Shown piece by piece: positions 1 through 9,058 of a stretch of 64,000 bases of DNA. A program made the translations under genes and the position numbers. Source of the stretch: Candidatus Binatia bacterium (GTDB lineage Bacteria > Desulfobacterota > Binatia > Bin18); NCBI GenBank assembly GCA_963666315.2, contig CAXXHG010000040.1, positions 32,001-96,000 of the forward strand, written 5' to 3'. The stretch's first letter is position 1; each line of letters opens with the position of its first letter. Below the pieces are notes generated by a model that worked only from the letters and a program-made list of their open reading frames with translations, was not told the DNA's origin and did not search any database.

Positions 1-413
1 GTTTCGACCTGGGCACCGTCTTCAATATAAGTCAACGGAAAATCATAGGCCTGATCTTTTTCCGGCCAGATGTGCTTGGATACGGTTAACTCGCCGAAGC
101 GCTTTTTTACATTCGGTACTCCGCCAATGTGATCCTGATGCACATGAGTCAGGACGATCTCTTGGAGTTCGTTTGCGCCTTTGGTCTCTGACAGCCCTTT
201 TTCCAATAAGGGATCATAGACGTCTAAGCCCACGCCTGTGTCGAGCAGGATGGGCCGTTTGCCTGTGCCGACCAGATAGGTGTTTGTCCCCGGGCCGGTG
301 AACGGGCCGGGGTTTTGTCCCAGCACGGTAGCGACCCGCTCACTCCAGATGTCGAAGTCGGGCATGGAGAGCCCAGCCATAGTGTCGGTAACAACGCGTT
401 GTGGCTGTGCCAT
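1..413 (-). CDS. MBL-fold metallo-hydrolase (LACTB2-like), running off the window start
   Basis: Manual translation from ATG at 413 gives MAQPQRVV...GQNPGPFTGPGTNTYLVG...LLDTG...LTHVHQDHIGG (HxHxDH motif). Not in the ORF track. Confidence 0.85.
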   Translation of the reverse strand, partial: MAQPQRVVTDTMAGLSMPDFDIWSERVATVLGQNPGPFTGPGTNTYLVGTGKRPILLDTGVGLDVYDPLLEKGLSETKGANELQEIVLTHVHQDHIGGVPNVKKRFGELTVSKHIWPEKDQAYDFPLTYIEDGAQVE

Positions 414-416
414 GTG

Positions 417-1601
417 TCAGCTCCTCAACAAGTTTGCGGCGATGGTTTTGAGCTGCATATTGGAGGTGCCTTCATAGATCTTGCCGATCTTGGCATCCCG
501 GTAGTATTTTTCGGCTGGGTATTCCTTGGTAAAACCGACTCCACCAAAAATCTCCAGCGCGCGTGAGGCAACGCGCTCGCCCACCTGCGAGCAGAAATAT
601 TTGGTCATGGCAGCCGTGTGAGCAAAGGGCTGCCCACTCTCTTTCAGGCGCGCGGTGTTATAGACCATGAGGCGCGCCGCTTCGATTTCGGTCGCTAACT
701 CAGCCAGCTCAAATTGGACCGCCTGAAAATCTGCAATCGGGCGGCCAAACTGTGATCGCTCCTTGGCATAGGCCAGCGCGCACGCAAATGCACCCTGGGC
801 CAGGCCAACCATCTGGGCACCAATCCCAATCCTCCCTTCGTTGAGCGTCTCAACGGCGACTTTATAGCCTTGCCCTATTTCACCGACGACCTGACTACGT
901 GGGACCCGAACGTCTTCGAGAATCAGCTCGCAGGTTGAGCTGGCGCGAATGCCAAGTTTGTCTTCTTTTTTCCCTACGCTAAAACCGGGCATATCGCGTT
1001 CCACTACAAAGGCGGTAATGCCCTTATACCCTTTGTCTGGCGCGGCATTGGCAAAGAGCAGATACAGACCGGCTTCTCCACCATTGGTCGTCCACATTTT
1101 CCGGCCGTTGAGGACAAAAGTGTAGCCGTCGAGACGAGCGCGCGTTTTTAGGGCAAAGGCATCGCTACCGGAACCGGACTCAGAGAGCGCATAGGCACCC
1201 ACTGTGTCCGTAGCGAGACGCGGGAAAAACTTGGCTTTTTGATCCGGGTTGAGCCAACGCACCAAAGCGTTGTTTACCAGGGTGTTTTGTACATCAACAC
1301 AGGTGGCCACAGATGGATCAACGCGCGCAAGCTCTTCAATAGCCAGGATCGCCATAAAGAAACTGGACTCAGCACCGCCATAGGCGGCAGGAATTTCGAT
1401 GCCCATCACGCCAAGGACAAAGAGTTGATCGATCAGCTCACTCGGGATCTTAGCCTCGCGGTCCATGTCCATCACGCGGGGTTTGATTTGTTCCTCAGCA
1501 AACTCCCGCACCGTCTTCCGAAATAGATCCTCTTCCTCGCTGAGCGTCATCAGAGGCAGATGCAATTCTTGGTCTACAGACATCTCTCTCCCCTCTGTCA
1601 T
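417..1601 (-). CDS. Acyl-CoA dehydrogenase (short/branched-chain type)
   Basis: ALSESGSGSDA, KLGIRASSTCEL, LNEGRIGIGAQ and KIYEGTSNMQ motifs. Confidence 0.93.
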   Translation of the reverse strand: MTEGREMSVDQELHLPLMTLSEEEDLFRKTVREFAEEQIKPRVMDMDREAKIPSELIDQLFVLGVMGIEIPAAYGGAESSFFMAILAIEELARVDPSVATCVDVQNTLVNNALVRWLNPDQKAKFFPRLATDTVGAYALSESGSGSDAFALKTRARLDGYTFVLNGRKMWTTNGGEAGLYLLFANAAPDKGYKGITAFVVERDMPGFSVGKKEDKLGIRASSTCELILEDVRVPRSQVVGEIGQGYKVAVETLNEGRIGIGAQMVGLAQGAFACALAYAKERSQFGRPIADFQAVQFELAELATEIEAARLMVYNTARLKESGQPFAHTAAMTKYFCSQVGERVASRALEIFGGVGFTKEYPAEKYYRDAKIGKIYEGTSNMQLKTIAANLLRS

Positions 1602-1715
1602 ACTTGGAAATTTCCTTGAATATTTTCGAATATCTTCATTGTTGTCACGTTGCTTCTAAGATGTCTAGCCGGTATATCAACAAAGTCAGAGCGACCATTG
1701 GAAGTGCCCACAGCT

Positions 1716-2285
1716 ATGAAAATTGGACTCATTGCCGACTCGCATATCCCCGAAGCCATGCCCGAACTCCCGAGCCAGGTCCGAACGGTTTTCAAGGGCA
1801 TGGACCTGATTTTACATGCTGGCGATCTGCACTGTCTCGACGTTCTTGACTGGCTCGAAGAAACTGCACCCGTTCTCGCCTGTCGCGGTAATGGCGACGA
1901 AGGTTCGGGCGGACGCGCAGTCGTGCCGGACGATCCTCGGCTCCACGAGACCGCCGTGACCCAGTGTGCCGGCTACACGCTCGGCCTGGTTCACGATGTA
2001 TTAGACCCGAACGAATATCCCCAGTGGCCCATTCAGCGGACTATGGATCAGTATTTTGATCGCCGGCCTGACATCATCGTGTGTGGCCATACACATGTCG
2101 AGCGTATCCGGCGCTACGATGACGTGCTAGTCATCAATCCCGGTAGCCCGACCTATCCACACAATTATTCGGCTCAACCAGGAACGGTTGGTGTACTGAC
2201 GCTTGAAGAAAATCGAGTCGGGTCGGTCCAGATCTATGACCTCAAGACGCTAGCGGTGCTGCCTGAGTTGTCCACGACTTTTTGA
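1716..2285 (+). CDS. YfcE-family metallophosphoesterase
   Basis: MKIGLIADSH, HAGD, GNGD, GHTH and NPGS motifs. Confidence 0.88.
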   Translation: MKIGLIADSHIPEAMPELPSQVRTVFKGMDLILHAGDLHCLDVLDWLEETAPVLACRGNGDEGSGGRAVVPDDPRLHETAVTQCAGYTLGLVHDVLDPNEYPQWPIQRTMDQYFDRRPDIIVCGHTHVERIRRYDDVLVINPGSPTYPHNYSAQPGTVGVLTLEENRVGSVQIYDLKTLAVLPELSTTF

Positions 2286-2341
2286 TAAGGAATCCCCCAC
2301 GAGTTGTGTAAATTCAATAGCCTAGCGGACTTAGAGAAAGT

Positions 2342-2605
2342 ATGAGCCTTCAGGCCATGAAATATCCAGCCTTAAATGTCTCTGCCGCCACGGCAGAACT
2401 GGTTAAAGGGGTGCTGGCGCTTTATCCGCAGGCGCAAATTGTTCCTCGTGCCACTCCGCTGGAAGACGAAGATATCAGTGTGGAGGTTCGACTTCCCCTG
2501 AATACAGAAGAAATCTACCAGGCCCGGGATCGAGTCCACGAACTCGTCATTCGACTGCAGGAACAGTATGAGGTGCTGATCCTCGCGTCGGCAGTTCCTG
2601 CGTGA
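2342..2605 (+). CDS. Hypothetical protein (87 aa)
   Basis: Protein-like ORF with a purine-rich upstream region; no family recognised. Confidence 0.55.
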   Translation: MSLQAMKYPALNVSAATAELVKGVLALYPQAQIVPRATPLEDEDISVEVRLPLNTEEIYQARDRVHELVIRLQEQYEVLILASAVPA

Positions 2606-2746
2606 CGGGTAGCTTCTTCTGTACATGATGAGGCCGAGTTCATATAAGATCTTCCCCCGCAACAATCCGCAACCAAAACCAGAACGGGCGCAGTTGGTAG
2701 AGCAGGCGAGATGAAAAACCCCCCTGCAAATACAGGAAGTTAAAGA

Positions 2747-2794
2747 GAGCTACCCATCGGAGTCGAACCGACGACCTACTGATTGCAAACCAGA
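2747..2794 (-). pseudogene. 3'-half tRNA remnant (resembles tRNA-Thr), possibly an att-site relic
   Basis: Minus strand reads ...tttgcaatcagtaggtcgtcggttcgactccgatgggtagctc, i.e. anticodon arm 3' side, variable loop, T-arm (GGTTCGACTCC) and acceptor 3' strand. There is no matching 5' half upstream. Confidence 0.6.
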
Positions 2795-2819
2795 GGAGGT
2801 GTCCCACGCACCCGAAACT

Positions 2820-3836
2820 CTACCCGCCCAAACTAATCATCTCAATCTTCTTGTGTTCTTTGGGGTCGTAACCGGTCGCGGAGTGCAAGGCGGCCAGGCG
2901 TTCTTCTGAATAACGATCTTTGCGCTGCAACCAGATGCTGCGCAGGACATCGAGCAGCTTCTCGTCCGTCATGCCGCCGCGCAGCAGTACTTTAAGATTG
3001 TGGCCTGTATTGGCGAAGAGGCAGGTCACGAGTCTGCCGTCAGCTGTGAGCCGGGCACGCGTACACGACGAACAGAATGGCTCAGTGATCGAGGCGATCA
3101 CCCCAATATCTCCTCCCGCACCGTCTACGTACTGATAATCCACTGACGGGGCGTTGCCGCCCTTTCGGCCTATTTCCTGTAATGGGAAGCGCGTGTTGAT
3201 CGTGTGTATGATTTCTTGTTTGGACACAATTTTGTCCGACTGCCAGTGATTCGCATTGCCGACATCCATAAACTCAATAAAACGTATGGCAAAACCATGC
3301 TCACGCGAGAAGGTAACCAAGTCAATTATTTCGTCGTCATTCACGCCACGTTCGATCACCGCGTTGATCTTAATCGGAGAGAAACCTTCCTCTTTGGCAG
3401 CAAACAGTCCGTTGAGGACTTTCTTGAGGTCGCCGCGTTTTGTGATCTGTCGGAAACGATCAGGTTTGAGGCTGTCCAGGCTGACGTTAATCCGGCGCAG
3501 ACCGGCAGCTTTGAGGACGGCGGCTTTCTCCGCCAATGTTGAACCATTGGTGGTGAGACAGATGTCGCGCAGCCCGTCGATTGCCGACAGGCTTGCCACG
3601 AGCCGTTCAAGATCCCGGCGAGCCAGCGGCTCTCCGCCTGTCAATCGGATCTTCTCGACCCCGAGCTGAACGAATAAATGCGCGAGGCGAGTAATCTCTT
3701 CAAACGTCAGGATCTCGCTCTTTGCCAGCCAGTCATAGTCGTCCAACGGCATGCAATATGTGCAGCGGAAGTTACACCGGTCTGTCACTGAAATGCGCAG
3801 GTCTTTCACCGGTCGCTGAAAGGTGTCGAGCAACAT
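2820..3836 (-). CDS. moaA: GTP 3',8-cyclase (molybdopterin biosynthesis radical SAM enzyme)
   Basis: LRISVTDRCNFRCTYCMP, C-terminal FCSSCTRARLTADG..C, and MISLGG end. Confidence 0.97.
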   Translation of the reverse strand: MLLDTFQRPVKDLRISVTDRCNFRCTYCMPLDDYDWLAKSEILTFEEITRLAHLFVQLGVEKIRLTGGEPLARRDLERLVASLSAIDGLRDICLTTNGSTLAEKAAVLKAAGLRRINVSLDSLKPDRFRQITKRGDLKKVLNGLFAAKEEGFSPIKINAVIERGVNDDEIIDLVTFSREHGFAIRFIEFMDVGNANHWQSDKIVSKQEIIHTINTRFPLQEIGRKGGNAPSVDYQYVDGAGGDIGVIASITEPFCSSCTRARLTADGRLVTCLFANTGHNLKVLLRGGMTDEKLLDVLRSIWLQRKDRYSEERLAALHSATGYDPKEHKKIEMISLGG

Positions 3837-3911
3837 GCAGCCTCCTCAAGGCTCCTTATTATAATGATTTTGAGCGTTGAGCCAAGGTGATTAGGCGACC
3901 TAAATTTTTTG

Positions 3912-3940
3912 TTGACATATTGATGCTCTCCTTTTATGTT
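3912..3940 (+). promoter_or_regulatory. Sigma70-like promoter of the vapBC operon, probably leaderless
   Basis: TTGACA-17 bp-TATGTT, with ATG 7 nt downstream and no RBS. Confidence 0.55.
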
Positions 3941-3947
3941 TTGATGT

Positions 3948-4199
3948 ATGCGTACGACCATCCGTCTTAATGATGAATTACTCGCCGCAACCAAACAATT
4001 TGCTTTACAGACCGGTCGAACTCTCACGGCCGTTGTCGAGGACGCGCTGCGAGAAGTTCTTTCCAGGCATCAGCAAAAGCAGAAAAAAGCCCCCGTCCAG
4101 CTAACAACCATTAAGGGAAAGGGGCTCTTGCCAGGCGTCGATCTCGATGACTCCGCAGCGCTAGCCGACTTGATGGGGCAGGGCAATGCTCCTCGCTGA
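3948..4199 (+). CDS. VapB-type RHH antitoxin
   Basis: MRTTIRLNDELL...GLLPGVDLDDSAALADLM; overlaps the PIN gene. Confidence 0.88.
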   Translation: MRTTIRLNDELLAATKQFALQTGRTLTAVVEDALREVLSRHQQKQKKAPVQLTTIKGKGLLPGVDLDDSAALADLMGQGNAPR

Positions 4200-4614
4200 T
4201 GTGAATGTGCTGGTATATGCCCACCGTGAAGATGCACCTGGCCATGTAAAATACCGAGCGTGGCTAGAAGACCTTATGAACAATGACCAGGCGTACGGGG
4301 TCACAGATCTTGCGCTGAGTGGTTTTCTCAGAGTTGTCACGCACTCTCGGATTTTTAATCCTCCAAGTCCGCTTGACGCTGCATTACGATTCGTTAATGA
4401 AGTGAGGCAACAGCCCCATTGCGTAGTCATTAGTCCTGGTCCACGACATTGGGGGATTTTCACTCGTCTGTGTCAGACTGCAAACGCGAAAGGGAATCTT
4501 ATTCCAGACGCATACTTTGCTGCGCTTGCAATCGAGTCTGGTAGTGAGTGGATAACGACTGATCGTGATTTCAGCCGCTTCCCCCAGCTCCGCTGGCGGC
4601 ATCCCTTGGACTAG
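4186..4614 (+). CDS. VapC PIN-domain toxin
   Basis: MLLADVNVLVYA...GNLIPDAYFAALAIE...TTDRDFSRF. Confidence 0.92.
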   Translation: MLLADVNVLVYAHREDAPGHVKYRAWLEDLMNNDQAYGVTDLALSGFLRVVTHSRIFNPPSPLDAALRFVNEVRQQPHCVVISPGPRHWGIFTRLCQTANAKGNLIPDAYFAALAIESGSEWITTDRDFSRFPQLRWRHPLD

Positions 4615-4681
4615 AGCGGGCTGCGCATAGGCGTTGAATCTGTTTTTCATCTTCACAAGTTTTTCAGAGGAGGATCAGCAC

Positions 4682-5443
4682 ATGCGCATCAAAGACAAAG
4701 TCGTGCTTGTCACCGGGGGCAGTCGAGGCATAGGCCGGGCGATTTGCCTGCGCCTGGCCGACGAAGGGGCAAAAATTGCCATTGCCGATATCTTAGAGGA
4801 AGAGGCCCAGAAAACGGCGGCGCATATTACGGATACAGGCGAGCAAGCGTTGGCCATCAAGACTGACGTCACTCAACTCGACCAAGTCCAAGCCTGTGTC
4901 AAACAGATCACCGATACCTGGGGGCCGATTGACGTGCTGGTCAATAACGCTGGCTGGGACAAGATGGAACCCTTTCTCCAGAGTCAACCGGAAACCTGGG
5001 ACAAGGTCATCGGGATTAATCTGCGCGGACCGATCAATTTTTGTCACACCGTTGCCGCCCAGATGGTCGAACGCGAGCAGGGAAAGATTATTTCCATTAG
5101 CTCTGATGCGGGTCGCGTGGGTTCAACCGGGGAAGCCGTCTACTCGGCGTGCAAAGCGGGCATTATCGGCTTCTCAAAAACGCTCGCGCGTGAACTGGCC
5201 CGCGCCAAAATCACGGTCAATGTCGTGTGTCCCGGTCCCACGGATACTGCGCTGCTGCAACAAGTGACTGCGGGGGAAAAAGGCGCGCGGATTATTGAAG
5301 CCATGACGCGTGCGGTCCCGTTCCGTCGTTTGGGACAACCGGAAGAGATTGCTAATGCCGTAGCGTTTTTTGCCTCACCGGATGCGGACTTTGTGACCGG
5401 CCAGGTGTTGTCCGTGAGTGGCGGGCTGACTATGGCAGGGTGA
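4682..5443 (+). CDS. SDR, 2-hydroxycyclohexanecarboxyl-CoA dehydrogenase (BadH)-like
   Basis: TGGSRGIG, NNAGWD, SSDAGRVGSTGEAVYSACK and CPGPTDT motifs; next to a BadI-like gene; GAGG RBS. Confidence 0.8.
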   Translation: MRIKDKVVLVTGGSRGIGRAICLRLADEGAKIAIADILEEEAQKTAAHITDTGEQALAIKTDVTQLDQVQACVKQITDTWGPIDVLVNNAGWDKMEPFLQSQPETWDKVIGINLRGPINFCHTVAAQMVEREQGKIISISSDAGRVGSTGEAVYSACKAGIIGFSKTLARELARAKITVNVVCPGPTDTALLQQVTAGEKGARIIEAMTRAVPFRRLGQPEEIANAVAFFASPDADFVTGQVLSVSGGLTMAG

Positions 5444-5446
5444 ACT

Positions 5447-5510
5447 CTCTCCCCTAGGGCCGGGGAAACCCACCCCGACACTATGTGTCGCTCCTCTCAA
5501 GAGGAGATCT
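5447..5510. repeat. REP-like palindromic intergenic element
   Basis: ctctcccc..ggggaaacccaccccg and ctcctctcaagaggagat; similar to the element at 56913-56980. Confidence 0.4.
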
Positions 5511-5546
5511 GATTATGGAGAAACTGCGAAACGAAAGGGGAACAGT

Positions 5547-6335
5547 ATGCAATTTGAAGATATTGTGTATGAAAAAAACGAGGGCATTGCGACCATGACC
5601 ATTAACCGTCCGCAGGTGCGCAATGCCTTCCGGACCCTGACCGTTGATGAACTCATCGCAGCATTCCAAGACGCTTGGTGGGATCATTCGGTTGGCGTGG
5701 TGATTCTCACTGGTGAAGGAGACAAAGCCTTTTGCGCTGGAGGCGATCAAAGTGAACGCAGTGCCGAGGGCTACGATACCAGCTCGGCCGGGCATGAGAT
5801 GAATGTTGAAGCACTGCATAATATTATTCGCAACATTCCTAAGCCGGTAATCGCGGCAGTCAACGGCTTTGCTATCGGCGGTGGACACGTGCTGCACGTC
5901 TTGTGTGATATTTCTCTTGCCGCTGATACGGCACGCTTTGGACAGACGGGGCCTCGGGTGGGCAGCTTTGACGCGGGCTATGGCAGTGCGTATCTGGCAC
6001 GAGTTGTTGGGGAAAAGAAAGCGCGTGAGATTTGGTATTTCTGCCGCCAGTACACGGCTGAAGAAGCCAAAGATATGGGACTTGTGAACGCGGTATTCCC
6101 CGCCGATACGCTCATGGACGAAGCTCGCTCATGGGCGAATGAGCTATTGCAGAAAAGTCCCACCGCGCTCAAGTTCCTCAAATATTCATTTAATGCGGAC
6201 ACCGCCCATATTGGTGGCATCTCGAATATGGCCATGAGTGGGCTTGAGCTGTACTACAACACGGATGAAGCCGTTGAGGGCGTGAATGCCTTTAACGAAA
6301 GGCGTCCGGTAGATTTTTCCAAGTTTCGGAAGTAA
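5547..6335 (+). CDS. Crotonase-family 2-ketocyclohexanecarboxyl-CoA hydrolase (BadI)/MenB-like
   Basis: FCAGGDQ, GGGHVLHVLCD, GQTGPRVGSFDAGYG and GEKKAREIWY motifs. Confidence 0.85.
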   Translation: MQFEDIVYEKNEGIATMTINRPQVRNAFRTLTVDELIAAFQDAWWDHSVGVVILTGEGDKAFCAGGDQSERSAEGYDTSSAGHEMNVEALHNIIRNIPKPVIAAVNGFAIGGGHVLHVLCDISLAADTARFGQTGPRVGSFDAGYGSAYLARVVGEKKAREIWYFCRQYTAEEAKDMGLVNAVFPADTLMDEARSWANELLQKSPTALKFLKYSFNADTAHIGGISNMAMSGLELYYNTDEAVEGVNAFNERRPVDFSKFRK

Positions 6336-6340
6336 AGATA

Positions 6341-7126
6341 ATGCGGTTCACAAACAGAGTGGCTCTTATCACTGGCTCCTCTCGTGGCATAGGCCGGGCT
6401 ATTGCTCTGCGGCTGGCCTCGGAAGGCGCAAACGTCATCGTCAATTATCGTCGCAATATTGCTGAGGCCGAGGCCGTTGTGGCCGAGATCAAAAAGCTCG
6501 GCTCAGATGCGCTTCCCATACAGGCTGACCTGAGCGATGGCGATGCCGTACGCGCGATGTTTCAGCAGGTGAAAGTCTCATTCGGGTATCTCGATATTCT
6601 TATCGCCAATGCCGCAGCCACGGCATTTCGTCCACTGCTGCAACAAGGTGAACACAACGTGACGCGCACGTTTGATCTTACCATCAAGGGCTTCCTGGTC
6701 GCGACCCAAGAAGCTGTTCCGCTTATGGCAGGCCGCAGGGGCAAGATCGTTACTATCTCAGGGATTGATTCACTCCGGATGCTGTCAGGTCACGGCTTGC
6801 TCGGTGCTGCTAAGGCCGCGTTGGAAAACATGACGATGTATCTGGCCCACGAATTGGGGCCGCGTGGGATTGCCGTCAACGGGATTAACCCCGGCCTGAT
6901 CGAAACCGACTCTGCCAAAATGTATGCCGGCGGTGAGGATGGGTATGCGCAGTATGTGCGTGATGTGGTGCCGAACACACCGGCAGGCCGTGCAGGACGA
7001 CCAGCGGATATTGCGGCAGTCGCCGCGTTTCTGTGTTCTGAGGACGCGGAGTTTATTCGTGGCCAGACGTTGCTTGTGGATGGTGGGTTACTCTCATCGT
7101 CTATTGCGAGTAGAGCCTATGAATAA
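6341..7126 (+). CDS. SDR, FabL-like enoyl reductase
   Basis: TGSSRGIG, ANAAATAFRP and LGAAKAALE motifs. Confidence 0.8.
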   Translation: MRFTNRVALITGSSRGIGRAIALRLASEGANVIVNYRRNIAEAEAVVAEIKKLGSDALPIQADLSDGDAVRAMFQQVKVSFGYLDILIANAAATAFRPLLQQGEHNVTRTFDLTIKGFLVATQEAVPLMAGRRGKIVTISGIDSLRMLSGHGLLGAAKAALENMTMYLAHELGPRGIAVNGINPGLIETDSAKMYAGGEDGYAQYVRDVVPNTPAGRAGRPADIAAVAAFLCSEDAEFIRGQTLLVDGGLLSSSIASRAYE

Positions 7127-7235
7127 ATGGGCAAAGACCGGCCACCTCTGTTCTGAGGTCAGACGCTTTGCTACGCTACGGGTTTCTGAGAAAAAATCCT
7201 GATGTGTATTGATGTGTACTAAGGAGGGTCCTTCG

Positions 7236-7775
7236 ATGGGAGAAACAGTCAAAGTCAAGATAAGACCATTGACGTCTGAAGCTTTTCAAGCCTACGGGGA
7301 AGTCCTGGAACGCAAAAAGCTGATCTACCCCGAAACTGAAGAAGGCAAGGTAGCCATGGAATTGCTCTCTTTTCACTATCGCCCGAATGCCAAAATCATG
7401 GACCAGATGGCCATTCACTTTTCTTACAATCAAACCTTTATTCCCGTACAAGGCTCTTTAATCCTGGTTGTTGCGCCACCGCCGAGCAGTCGTGACGGTG
7501 GGCCTGAGACGTATGAGCTTGATTACGACAAGGTTGCGGCCTTCAACGTTGATGCTGGCCAGGCTGCCTTCATTTATAAAGGCACGTGGCATAACGCCCT
7601 GACCCTGGGCACAGAATGTTCGTTTATTAACATCACTCGCAAGAACGAGGGCGAAGGCAATAGTCCCGCCGGCGAAATGGAAGGTAAAATTGAGCAGGCG
7701 CATGCCGTGCGATCGTATGTGGAATTTGTGGATATGAAGAAGCGGGACGGGCGGGTGATTGAACTCGAAGTGTGA
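7236..7775 (+). CDS. Ureidoglycolate lyase (AllA)-like cupin
   Basis: IRPLTSEAFQAYGEV, H..Y.QTFIP and YKGTWH motifs. Confidence 0.7.
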   Translation: MGETVKVKIRPLTSEAFQAYGEVLERKKLIYPETEEGKVAMELLSFHYRPNAKIMDQMAIHFSYNQTFIPVQGSLILVVAPPPSSRDGGPETYELDYDKVAAFNVDAGQAAFIYKGTWHNALTLGTECSFINITRKNEGEGNSPAGEMEGKIEQAHAVRSYVEFVDMKKRDGRVIELEV

Positions 7776-7787
7776 GGAGGGCTCCTT

Positions 7788-8903
7788 GTGACGTATAAGA
7801 TCGTTTCGGCCGACTCCCATATGTGCGAGCCGCCCAAGCTCTGGGTGGACGGTATTGATAAACAGTTCAGTGACCGTGCCCCGCGCGTGGTCAAAGACCC
7901 CGGAGATAAGAAGGGCCATTTCTTTGTATGCGAAGACCTGCCTCCTTTCCGAGTCTCAGGGGCATTTGCGGCTGGGCAGACATTTAATAAAGATTTTATG
8001 GAAACCGGCCTGGAAGATGCCCTTCCCGGCGGCTGGGACCCCGCCGCGCGGCTCAAAGATATGGAGATGGACGGCGTCCAAGCCGAAGTGCTGTACACGA
8101 CTTGTGCCTTTGTCCTGTTCTGGCTCGAAGATGCTGTGCTGCAGGAAGCCTGCTTTCGGGTGTATAACGACTGGCTGGCTGAGTTTTGTCGTTACGATCC
8201 GAAGAAGTTCGCCGGTCTGGGGCTCATCTCTCTGTTTGATATTGAGCAAGGCCGCAAAGAACTTGAACGCTGCAAAAAGATGGGGCTCAAGGGCGCGATG
8301 ATCTGGGCCTCACCGCCGGACGACCAACCCTATGGTTCCTCTGCCTACGACCCTTTTTGGGCAACGGCTCAGGAACTCGACATGCCGCTGTCTCTGCATC
8401 TGGCAACCGGGCGCAGTAAAGATAGCCAGCAGGATGAAACCGACATTGCTGAGTTATATGTGCGTATGATTATCCGACCGAGTGAAATGCAGCACTCTTT
8501 CCTACGGCTCATCTTTAGCGGGGTTTTGGAACGATTCCCTACTCTCAAGTTTGTGTCGGCGGAAGGTGATATTGCCTGGGTACCGCATCTTTTGGAGCGA
8601 GCGGATAAGTATTATCGCCGCTTTAAAGAAGGCTATGGGGTTCAGCTCTCACTCAAGCCGAGTGAATATTTCCAGCGCCAGATGTACGCGACCTTTATTG
8701 ACGATCCGATGGGCCTCAAGACGTATAACCTGGCGGGTGGAGCGGATCATTTTATGTGGTCTACCGACTATCCGCACCAGGCATCAACGTTCCCGCATAC
8801 CCAGGAAGCGCTGGAAAAAGCCTTTCAGGATGTTCGGTTAGCGGACAAGCAGAAGATCGTGCGTGATAACGCGTCAAAATTGTATGGATTACCGCTGGAG
8901 TAA
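7788..8903 (+). CDS. Amidohydrolase_2 family protein
   Basis: SADSH, WDPAARLKDMEMDG and WSTDYPH motifs. Confidence 0.9.
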   Translation: MTYKIVSADSHMCEPPKLWVDGIDKQFSDRAPRVVKDPGDKKGHFFVCEDLPPFRVSGAFAAGQTFNKDFMETGLEDALPGGWDPAARLKDMEMDGVQAEVLYTTCAFVLFWLEDAVLQEACFRVYNDWLAEFCRYDPKKFAGLGLISLFDIEQGRKELERCKKMGLKGAMIWASPPDDQPYGSSAYDPFWATAQELDMPLSLHLATGRSKDSQQDETDIAELYVRMIIRPSEMQHSFLRLIFSGVLERFPTLKFVSAEGDIAWVPHLLERADKYYRRFKEGYGVQLSLKPSEYFQRQMYATFIDDPMGLKTYNLAGGADHFMWSTDYPHQASTFPHTQEALEKAFQDVRLADKQKIVRDNASKLYGLPLE

Positions 8904-8929
8904 GGTATCGAAGAATTATCTTCCCCTTT

Positions 8930-9020
8930 TCTGTCATTCTGTGTAGCGCGAAGAATCTCTCTGAGAGACCCTTCGCGGAGTTTATCCTGAGTGCAATCGA
9001 AGGGCTCAGGGTGGCAAGGC
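8930..9020. repeat. Composite palindromic intergenic repeat
   Basis: gtcattctgtgtagcgcgaagaatctc...cccttcg...gaagggctcagggtggc, with nested inverted repeats. Confidence 0.5.
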
Positions 9021-9058
9021 TGTCGCATTCGGCATACAATCTTTTTTGAGGAATACCC

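Noticed and set aside
5547-6335. Assigning the symbol menB
   Set aside because: No other men genes are nearby and the adjacent BadH-like SDR favours BadI; this cannot be settled without a phylogeny.
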